The translations under genes and the position numbers were made by a program. From Candidatus Deferrimicrobiaceae bacterium (GTDB lineage: Bacteria > Desulfobacterota > Deferrimicrobia > Deferrimicrobiales > Deferrimicrobiaceae), in NCBI GenBank assembly GCA_036390495.1, contig DASWBR010000067.1, forward strand, positions 1-40,128: DNA of 40,128 nt. The letters run 5' to 3'. The notes below the pieces were generated by a model. It was not told the origin of the DNA and did not search any database. It saw nothing but the letters and a program-made list of their open reading frames with translations. Within the stretch, counting starts at the first letter, position 1. The number at the start of each line of letters is the position of its first letter. Of the stretch, positions 8,653 through 17,677 are shown piece by piece.

Positions 8653-9642
8653 GTGAAGGGGGTGGGAGGGGTGGCGCACGCGAGGGAGGAGACGTTCCGG
8701 TTCGAGGACCCGACGGTCCTGCCGACGCTGTTCGGGCCGCACGACGCCCACCTGAAGGCGCTGGAGAAGGCCCTCGGGGTCGCGATCCGTCCGGGAAGCG
8801 GCGACGCGCGGGTCGCGGGAGACCCGATCCCGGTCGAACTCGCGGGGAAGGTGCTGGTCGGCCTGTACCGGGTTCTCCGCCGCGGCATCCCCGTGGCGGG
8901 GAACGACGTGGAAGCGGCGATCCGCATCGTCTCGGCGGATCGGAACGCGGACGTTTCCGAGGTGTTCCAGGACGTGGTGTTCAAATCTTCCCGGAACCGG
9001 ATGATCACGCCGAAGAGCGTGGCCCAGAAACGGTACCTCGACGCCATCCGGGATTTCGACATCGTCTTCGGGGTGGGGCCGGCCGGCACGGGGAAGACCT
9101 TCCTCGCCATGGCGATGGCGGTGGGTTTCCTGCTCCGCAAGGAGGTGAAGCGGATCGTCCTGGCGCGGCCGGCGGTGGAGGCGGGGGAGAAGCTCGGGTT
9201 CCTCCCCGGGGACATGGCGGAGAAGGTGAACCCGTACCTCCGTCCGCTGCACGACGCGCTGTACACGATGCTCGAGTACGAACAGGCGGCGAAGCTCATG
9301 GAGCGGGGCACCATCGAGGTGGCCCCGCTGGCCTTCATGCGGGGGCGGACGCTGAACGACTCCTTCGTCATCCTCGACGAGGCGCAGAACACGACGTCCG
9401 AGCAGATGAAGATGTTCCTCACGCGCATCGGCTTCGGATCCAAGGCGGTGATCACGGGGGACATCACGCAGACCGACCTCCCCTCGGGCCGGGTCTCCGG
9501 GCTGAACGAGGCGATCGGCATCCTCGACGGGGTGGAGGGGATCCGGTTCTGCCGGTTCACCGAGATCGACGTGGTGCGGCACCCCCTCGTCCAGGAGATC
9601 ATCAAGGCGTATGAGCGGTTCGAGAAGCGCCCCCAGGGATAG
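8653..9642 (+). CDS. phoH: PhoH-family ATPase (PhoH/YbeZ); start may be 8662 or 8671
   Basis: Walker A GPAGTGKT, RPAVEAGEKLGFLPG, RGRTL, DEAQN, GDITQTDLP, VVRHPLV. Confidence 0.95.
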   Translation: MKGVGGVAHAREETFRFEDPTVLPTLFGPHDAHLKALEKALGVAIRPGSGDARVAGDPIPVELAGKVLVGLYRVLRRGIPVAGNDVEAAIRIVSADRNADVSEVFQDVVFKSSRNRMITPKSVAQKRYLDAIRDFDIVFGVGPAGTGKTFLAMAMAVGFLLRKEVKRIVLARPAVEAGEKLGFLPGDMAEKVNPYLRPLHDALYTMLEYEQAAKLMERGTIEVAPLAFMRGRTLNDSFVILDEAQNTTSEQMKMFLTRIGFGSKAVITGDITQTDLPSGRVSGLNEAIGILDGVEGIRFCRFTEIDVVRHPLVQEIIKAYERFEKRPQG

Positions 9643-11122
9643 CCGGCCCTCCGGGCACGGGGAGTCGCGGTTCGTGCGGTACGGCCGGTTGCTCGGGCTG
9701 AGCGTGGCGTCCGCCGCCGCGTTCGCGGTCCTCTTCTACCTCTGGGGGCACGAACTCCTTCCTCGCGCCGCCGGCCGGTGGGGAGCGACCTTTCCCTTCG
9801 TCGGCGCCGTGGCCCTGACGCTGGCGGTGGCGCTCTTCCTCACGGAGTGGTTCGGTTTCGCCGGCCGCGACGTGCGAAAGGTCCGCCTCGCGCTGCGCGA
9901 TTTCCTGTTCCTGTGCTCCCTCGCGCTCCTCCTCTTCTTCGCCGCCCGCGCGGTGATCGATCTCCTCGCGGAGACGCCCACGCTCGTGCGCACCGTGCCC
10001 CCGCGGGTGTACGCGTACCTGATCCCGCTTCCCGCCCTGGCCATGGTGGTCCGGATCCTCATCAACTCCGAGACGGCGATCCTGTTCACCGTGGCCGCCT
10101 CCGTCCTGTCCGCGGCCGCGGCCTCCGGGCGCTGGCCGGCCATGCTGTTCCTCCTGCTGTGCGGAACCGCGGGCGCCTCCCGTTCCCGGAGGGTGCAGGA
10201 CCGCTACCGGATGCTCTGGGTCGGGGTCCAGACCGCCCCGGTGTGCGCCGTGGCGGCGGCCGCGCTGGAGCTCGCGTTCCACGGAACCGGCAGCGTGCTC
10301 TGGGCCGCGGCGTTCGGGGCCGTGAACGGCCTCCTCTCCGGGCCGATCTCCCTCGCGGTCCTGCCGGTGGCGGAGTACGTCTTCGGGTACGCGAGCGACA
10401 TCCGGCTGATGGAGCTGGGAAGCACCGGGCACCCGCTCCTGCGGCGCCTGATGGTGGAGACCCCGGGGACGTTCCACCACAGCGTGGTGGTCGGGACGCT
10501 GGCCGAGGCGGGCGCCCTCGCGATCGGGGCAAACCCGGTCCTGTGCCGCGTGGCCGCCCTCTACCACGACGTGGGGAAGCTCGGGAAGGCGCAATATTTC
10601 TCGGAGAACCAGGCGGGGGGTTCCAACGTGCACGACGCCCTGTCGCCCGGGCTGTCCCGGACCGTCATCCTGTCCCACGTGAAGGAGGGGGGCCGGCTGG
10701 CGAAGGAGCACCGGCTCGGCGACCGCATCGGGGAGATCATCCTGCAGCATCACGGGACCAGCCTCCTGTACTGCTTTCTCGACAAGGCGAGGCCGATGAT
10801 CCTGGACCGGAAGGCTTCGGAAGAGATGTTCCGGTACCCCGGACCGAAGCCCCGGACCCGCGAGGCGGGGATCGTCATGCTGGCGGACGCGGCCGAGGCG
10901 GCGGTCCGCAGCCTGCAGCAGCCGACGTCCCGGGAGGTGGAGGAGACCGTCCAGGGAATCATCGACCGCATATACCTCGACGGCCAGCTGAACGAGTGCG
11001 ACATGACGCTGCGCGACCTGCACGCGGCGGGCCGGGCCATCAGCCAGGTCCTCTCCGCGGTCTCCCACGGGCGCGTGGATTATCCCGAGGCCGGAAAAGG
11101 GGCCGCCGGCAGGGTGTCTTGA
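9611..11122 (+). CDS. 7TM-HD (HDIG) phosphohydrolase, PgpH-like cyclic-dinucleotide phosphodiesterase family
   Basis: Multiple TM segments, then PGTFHHS, ALYHDVGK, YFSENQ, SHVKEG, QHHGT, RYPGPKP and MLADAAEA. Sits between phoH and ybeY as pgpH does. Confidence 0.88.
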   Translation: MSGSRSAPRDSRPSGHGESRFVRYGRLLGLSVASAAAFAVLFYLWGHELLPRAAGRWGATFPFVGAVALTLAVALFLTEWFGFAGRDVRKVRLALRDFLFLCSLALLLFFAARAVIDLLAETPTLVRTVPPRVYAYLIPLPALAMVVRILINSETAILFTVAASVLSAAAASGRWPAMLFLLLCGTAGASRSRRVQDRYRMLWVGVQTAPVCAVAAAALELAFHGTGSVLWAAAFGAVNGLLSGPISLAVLPVAEYVFGYASDIRLMELGSTGHPLLRRLMVETPGTFHHSVVVGTLAEAGALAIGANPVLCRVAALYHDVGKLGKAQYFSENQAGGSNVHDALSPGLSRTVILSHVKEGGRLAKEHRLGDRIGEIILQHHGTSLLYCFLDKARPMILDRKASEEMFRYPGPKPRTREAGIVMLADAAEAAVRSLQQPTSREVEETVQGIIDRIYLDGQLNECDMTLRDLHAAGRAISQVLSAVSHGRVDYPEAGKGAAGRVS

Positions 11123-11607
11123 GCCGTTCCCCGGCCCGGTACCGCGTCAGCGTCCGGCAGGACCTCCGCCCGGCCCCCCTCTCCGGCGCGGTGCTGAGGA
11201 GGTACGTGCTCGCCGCCCTCGAACGCATCCCGGCGGAGCGCGCGGACGTCCGGGTGCGGGTGGTCGGGGACGCGGCGATCGCCCGCTGGAACCGGCAATT
11301 CCTGGGCCGGCCCCGGCCCACCAACGTGCTCTCCTTTCCCGACGAGGGGCCCGGCGCAGTCGCCGGCCGGGATCCGGTCTCGGGAGACATCGTCGTCTCC
11401 GCTCCCACCTGCCTCTCGCAGACCCTGGATTGGGCGGAGCCGGCGGAGGCGCGCGTCTTCTTTTTCGTCCTCCACGGGATTCTCCACCTCGCGGGGTACG
11501 ACCACGAGGCCGGAGGCGCGCAGGCCCGCCGGATGCGGCGGAAAGAGATGTCCCTTTTCCGCAGTGTCCTCGCGGCGGAGCGGATGCGGGGCGCCAGGCA
11601 CGCATGA
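11119..11607 (+). CDS. ybeY: rRNA maturation endoribonuclease YbeY (162 aa)
   Basis: TTG overlaps the upstream stop. PTNVLSF, GDIVVS and the metal-binding HGILHLAGYDH. Confidence 0.93.
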   Translation: MSRSPARYRVSVRQDLRPAPLSGAVLRRYVLAALERIPAERADVRVRVVGDAAIARWNRQFLGRPRPTNVLSFPDEGPGAVAGRDPVSGDIVVSAPTCLSQTLDWAEPAEARVFFFVLHGILHLAGYDHEAGGAQARRMRRKEMSLFRSVLAAERMRGARHA

Positions 11608-13193
11608 CCTCCCGGCGCGAGCCCTTTGCTCCCGGCGGCGGCCGGGCGTGGCTTCTCGGTGCGCTGTTCGTCCTGTCGTACGCCCTCGGGACGCCGGGAT
11701 ACGATGTTCCCGGCCTGCCGTTCGTCTGCCTCGCCCCCTTCCTCGCGCTGACGGCCGGGGCCCCGTCCGCCATGCATGCCGCCCGGCGCGGGTGGATCGC
11801 CGGGACGGCGGGCAGCATTCCCCTGTACTACTGGATCGCGTACACCGTCGCCGTGCCGGGGAAACAGGGATGGCCCCTCGGGTCCCTCGCCGCGGTCCTT
11901 GTCTCCGCCTATGTCGGCGCCTATTTCTCCGCCGCGGGGGCGGTCGCAAGACGGCTTTCCGCGCGGTACGGGGAGCGAGGGCTTTGGGCGTTCCCGTTCG
12001 CCTGGGTCGGGCTGGAACTTGCCCGTTCCCACCTGTTCTCCGGATTCCCGTGGATGCTCCTCGGGTACTCCCTGGCCGGGAGTTCCATCCTGCGGCAGGC
12101 GGCGGACATCGCCGGCGTGCACGGGCTCTCCTTCCTCCTCGCGATATCGGGCGTGTCCGCATACCTTTCCGTCTCCTCGATGGCGGAACGGGCGTGGGGG
12201 AAGGGGATCTTCCTGGCGTTGCCGGCCGCCGCCGCGGCGCTGTTCCTGTTCGCCTACGGTACCATCTCCCTCTCCGCGCCGAATCCCTTGCATCCCGCCG
12301 GGCCGCCTCTGCGGGTCGGGATCGCCCAGGGGGGGATAGACCAGTCGGCGAAATGGGACCCGGCGAACCAGGAGAAGACCCTGGAGGTTTATGAGGAACT
12401 GACCCTCCTGGCGAGGGATTCCGGAGCGCAGGTGGTGGTGTGGCCGGAAACCGCCGCGCCGTTCTTCTACGGATGGGAGGCAAGGTTGTCCCGGCGGCTC
12501 GACGGGATCGCCGTCCGCGCCGGTGTCCCGCTGATCTTCGGAGCGCCCTGGTACGACCCGTCCCCGGCAGGAAGGACCTTCAACAGCGTGTTTCACATGG
12601 ACGGGCGGGGAGTGGTCCGGGAGCGGTACGACAAGCGGCACCTGGTCCCGTTCGGGGAGTACGTCCCGTTCCGGTGGGTCTTCTCCTCCGTCCGGAAACT
12701 GACCTTCGGCGAGAAGGATTTCTCCGAAGGGACGGGGCCGGCGCTCTTCCTCGTCGCCGGCTCCCGGGTCGGCGCCTCCGTGTGCTACGAGGCGATCTTC
12801 CCGGCGATCCTGGGGGACGGCGTCGCCGCGGGGGCGGAATGGATGGTCAACGTGACGAACGACGCATGGTTCGGCGACACCGTGGCGCCCCGCCAGCACC
12901 TGGCGATGGCCCGCCTTCGCTGCGTGGAGTTCCGCAGGCCCATGGCGCGGGCGGCGAATTCCGGGATCAGCGCGATCCTCGACGCCCGGGGGGACGCCGT
13001 CGCGTCCCTCGGACTGTTCCGGCGGGGGGTCCTGACGGCGGAAATCCAACCCGGCGCAGGGTGGACCCTCAGCGGGAATATCGGTGATTTGTTTGCGATT
13101 TCTTGTTGTATAATTGCAATCTTAACGCTCATCTTCCCCTTGCGAGGATCCCATGGCATCCGGATTGCTGGAAGAGAAGACCGCGGCGCTTGA
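11604..13193 (+). CDS. lnt: Apolipoprotein N-acyltransferase (529 aa)
   Basis: ATG at 11604 (ATGA overlap). GFPWMLLGYS. E-K-C triad in VVWPETA, YDKRHLVPFGEY and VCYEAIF. NVTNDAWFG, RAANSGISA. Confidence 0.95.
   Translation: MTSRREPFAPGGGRAWLLGALFVLSYALGTPGYDVPGLPFVCLAPFLALTAGAPSAMHAARRGWIAGTAGSIPLYYWIAYTVAVPGKQGWPLGSLAAVLVSAYVGAYFSAAGAVARRLSARYGERGLWAFPFAWVGLELARSHLFSGFPWMLLGYSLAGSSILRQAADIAGVHGLSFLLAISGVSAYLSVSSMAERAWGKGIFLALPAAAAALFLFAYGTISLSAPNPLHPAGPPLRVGIAQGGIDQSAKWDPANQEKTLEVYEELTLLARDSGAQVVVWPETAAPFFYGWEARLSRRLDGIAVRAGVPLIFGAPWYDPSPAGRTFNSVFHMDGRGVVRERYDKRHLVPFGEYVPFRWVFSSVRKLTFGEKDFSEGTGPALFLVAGSRVGASVCYEAIFPAILGDGVAAGAEWMVNVTNDAWFGDTVAPRQHLAMARLRCVEFRRPMARAANSGISAILDARGDAVASLGLFRRGVLTAEIQPGAGWTLSGNIGDLFAISCCIIAILTLIFPLRGSHGIRIAGREDRGA
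13109..13114 (+). promoter_or_regulatory. Putative internal -10 element for prfB inside the lnt 3' end
   Basis: Perfect TATAAT within an AT-rich island (about 13075-13130), 38 nt before the prfB ATG. No convincing -35. Confidence 0.45.
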
Positions 13194-14274
13194 GGCGCGT
13201 TTCCTGGCGCTCCGGGGCTACCTTTGAAGTAGATTCCAAGCTTACCCGTCAGAAGGAGCTGGAGGCGGAGGTCGCCCGGGACGGTTTCTGGGACGCACCG
13301 GAGGGGGCGGAGCGCGTCCTTCGCGAGCGGAAGGGAATCGAGACGTTCCTGTCCCGCTGGGCGGCGCTCACCTCTTCCCTGGCCGACCTGCGCGCCTACC
13401 TGGATCTGGCCGACGAGGCGGGGGACGAGGCGCTGGACCGGGAGATCGAACAGCACCTGTCCGAGGTGTCCCGGACGCTGGACGCCCTCGAACTGGAGCG
13501 GATGCTCTCCGGGGAGAACGACGCGCGCAACGCCATCGTGACCATCCACGCCGGCGCCGGCGGGACGGAGTCGCAGGACTGGGCCGAGATGCTCCTGCGG
13601 ATGTACTCGCGCTTCGCGGACCGGAACGGGTTCGGGATGGAGCTCGTCGAGCGGCAGGAGGGGGAGGAGGCGGGGATCAAGAGCGCCACGTTCGTCCTTT
13701 CGGGGGACCACCCGTACGGGTACCTCAAGGCGGAGAGCGGTGTCCACCGCCTGGTGCGGATCTCCCCGTTCGACGCCAACAAGCGGCGTCACACCTCGTT
13801 CGCCTCGATCTTCGTGTCCCCGGAGATCGACGACGACGTGCAGATCCAGATCAACGATTCGGACCTGAAGATCGACACCCTGCGGTCCGGCGGCGCCGGC
13901 GGACAGCACGTGAACAAGGTGGAATCCGCCGTCCGGATCACGCACATCCCCTCCGGGGTCGTCGTCCTGTGCCAGCAGGAACGGTCTCAGGGGAAAAACC
14001 GGTCGCTGGCGATGAAGATCCTCCGGTCCAAACTGTACGAACTGGAGATGCGCCAGCGGGCCGAAAAGGCGATGGAGGCCCACAAGACGAAGAAGGACAT
14101 CGCCTGGGGATCCCAGATCCGGTCGTACGTTCTCGCCCCGTACCGCCTGGTGAAAGACCACCGGACCGGGCACGAGACGGGGAACGTGGACGCGGTGCTG
14201 GACGGGGACATCCTCGAGTTCATCCGGAAATACCTGCTCTCGGGAGGCGCGGAAAAGGAGATGGGGGGGGCCGC

Positions 14275-14278
<4 letters not shown>
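13153..14278 (+). CDS. prfB: Peptide chain release factor 2, +1 programmed frameshift: join(13153..13224,13226..14278), 374 aa
   Basis: Frame 0 reads MASGLLEEKTAALEARFLALRGYL then TGA. The +1 frame continues EVDSKL... with RF2 SPF (RISPFD), GGQ and WGSQIRSY. Confidence 0.96.
13213..13228 (+). other. prfB ribosomal frameshift cassette CGGGGC-TAC-CTT-TGA-A
   Basis: SD-like GGGG run, 3-nt spacer, CTT 13222-13224 and TGA 13225-13227. Matches the known RF2 autoregulatory shift site except at the base after the stop. Confidence 0.92.
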
Positions 14279-15762
<1,484 letters not shown>

Positions 15763-15768
15763 GGGCGT

Positions 15769-17004
15769 TTGCGCGTCCCCGTCGAGGTGTACATCGCCAA
15801 GAAGTACCTTCTGGCGAAGCGAAAGCAGACCTTCATCTCGATCATCAGCTTCATCTCCGTCGCCGGGGTCACGGTCGGCACGATGGCCCTCATCATCGTT
15901 CTGGCCGTGATGAGCGGGTTCGAGCGGGAGCTCAAGGAGCGGATCCTCGGGGCCACCGCGCACGCCCACGTCACCAGCGCCGACGGCAGCATCCCGAAGC
16001 CGTTCGAGCTCGCGGAGAAGGTCCGGAAGGTGAAGGGGGTCGCCGCCGCAAGCCCCTACATCTTCACCCAGATGATGATCTCCTCGGGGAGCGGCGCCCT
16101 GGGAGGGGTCCTCCGCGGGGTGGACGTCGCCACGATCGGGGACGTTACCCGGCTCGCGAGGGACCTGCGCATCGGGAAGCTGTCCGACCTCCCCCGGAAG
16201 GCCGCCGAGGCCGTGCCGGGCGTGATCCTGGGCCGGGAGCTCGCCGCAAACCTCGGCGTCGGGCCCGGGGACATGGTGGAGGTCCTCGTGCCGGGAGGGA
16301 CGATCACGCCGCTGGGAGCGTTCCCCCGCACCGCGCGGTTCCGCGTGGTGGGGATCTCCCAGGCCGGGATGTACGAATACGACGCCACCTTCGCCTACAT
16401 CGCCCTCGAGGAGGCGGCGCGGCTGCTCGGAATGGAGGGGCGCGCCACGGGCGTCGAGGTGAGGGTGGAGGACGTATACGCCGCCGCGGACGTGGCGAAG
16501 GCCCTGCGGTCGGAGCTGGGGTACCCTTACTGGGCCAAGGACTGGATGCAGAGCAACCGGAACCTCTTCTCGGCCCTGAAGCTGGAGAAGGTGGTGATGT
16601 TCATCATCCTCGTGCTCATCGTGATGGTGGCGGCGTTCAACATCATCAGCACGCTGATCATGGTGGTGATGGAGAAGACCAAGGACATCGCGATCCTGAT
16701 GACCCTCGGGGCGACCCGGCGCACCATCCGCCGGATCTTCGCCCTCGAGGGGCTGATCATCGGCGTGGCGGGGACCGCCGCCGGGACGGCCCTGGGGGCG
16801 CTGCTGTGCCACCTCCTCCGGCGGTACCAGTTCATCCGCCTCCCGAGCGATGTGTACTACATCTCCACGCTCCCGGTGTCCCTCGAGGCCGGGATGGTCG
16901 TCCTCGTGATGGCGAGCTCCATCCTGATCTGCTTCCTCGCCACCGTCTACCCCGCGCGCCAGGCATCGCGGGTCGACCCCGCGGAGGCGATCCGGTATGA
17001 GTGA
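15769..17004 (+). CDS. Lipoprotein-releasing ABC transporter permease, LolC/E (LolF-like) family
   Basis: FISIISFISVAGVTVGTMALIIVLAVMSGF, VAAFNIISTLIMVVMEK, DVYYISTLP, PAEAIRYE. Adjacent to lolD. Confidence 0.93.
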   Translation: MRVPVEVYIAKKYLLAKRKQTFISIISFISVAGVTVGTMALIIVLAVMSGFERELKERILGATAHAHVTSADGSIPKPFELAEKVRKVKGVAAASPYIFTQMMISSGSGALGGVLRGVDVATIGDVTRLARDLRIGKLSDLPRKAAEAVPGVILGRELAANLGVGPGDMVEVLVPGGTITPLGAFPRTARFRVVGISQAGMYEYDATFAYIALEEAARLLGMEGRATGVEVRVEDVYAAADVAKALRSELGYPYWAKDWMQSNRNLFSALKLEKVVMFIILVLIVMVAAFNIISTLIMVVMEKTKDIAILMTLGATRRTIRRIFALEGLIIGVAGTAAGTALGALLCHLLRRYQFIRLPSDVYYISTLPVSLEAGMVVLVMASSILICFLATVYPARQASRVDPAEAIRYE

Positions 17005-17677
17005 CGCCCCGGCACTCCGCGCCGAGGATGTCCGGAAAGTCTTCCGACGGGAGGGGTACGACCTCGAGGTCCTCAAGGGGGTCTCCCTTTCCATCTCCGC
17101 GGGAGAGATGGTGGGCGTGGTCGGCGTCTCGGGCGCCGGGAAAACCACGCTCCTCCAGATTCTCGGCACGCTCGACCGGCCCAGCTCCGGCCGGGTCCTC
17201 TACGCGGGCCGCGACGTGTCCGGGCTTCCCGAGGAGGAGATGGCGTCGTTCCGGAACCGTTCCGTGGGGTTCGTCTTCCAGTTCCACAACCTCCTTCCGG
17301 AGTTCACCGTCCTCGAGAACGTGATGCTTCCGTGCCTGATTTCCCGGCTCGATCCGGAGGAGGCCAGGACGCGTGCGGAGCGGCTGCTCTCCGACGTGGG
17401 GCTTTCGGGACGGCTTGCCCACCGGACCGGGGAGATCTCGGGCGGGGAGCAGCAGCGGGCGGCGATCTGCCGCGCGCTCGTGATGGAGCCTTCGGTCCTC
17501 CTGGCAGACGAGCCCACGGGGAACCTGGACCGGAAGACCGCCGGGGGGGTTGTCGACCTCCTCGTGGAGCTGAACCGCTCGCGGGGGCTTTCCCTGCTGA
17601 TGGTGACGCACAACGAACGGATCGCCGAACGGCTGCACCGGGTGATCCGGATCGACGACGGGCGCATCGTACCGTGA
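16997..17677 (+). CDS. lolD: Lipoprotein-releasing ABC transporter ATP-binding protein
   Basis: GVSGAGKTT, LolD motif GFVFQFHNLL, ISGGEQQR, LADEPTGNLD. Confidence 0.93.
   Translation: MSDAPALRAEDVRKVFRREGYDLEVLKGVSLSISAGEMVGVVGVSGAGKTTLLQILGTLDRPSSGRVLYAGRDVSGLPEEEMASFRNRSVGFVFQFHNLLPEFTVLENVMLPCLISRLDPEEARTRAERLLSDVGLSGRLAHRTGEISGGEQQRAAICRALVMEPSVLLADEPTGNLDRKTAGGVVDLLVELNRSRGLSLLMVTHNERIAERLHRVIRIDDGRIVP

Noticed and set aside
13153-13227. In-frame stop in prfB read as a pseudogene or sequencing error
   Set aside because: Position and CTT-TGA context match the known programmed +1 frameshift.
15769-17677. Single lolC/E gene with lolD as a novelty
   Set aside because: Homodimeric LolDF-type transporters are already well known outside gamma-proteobacteria.
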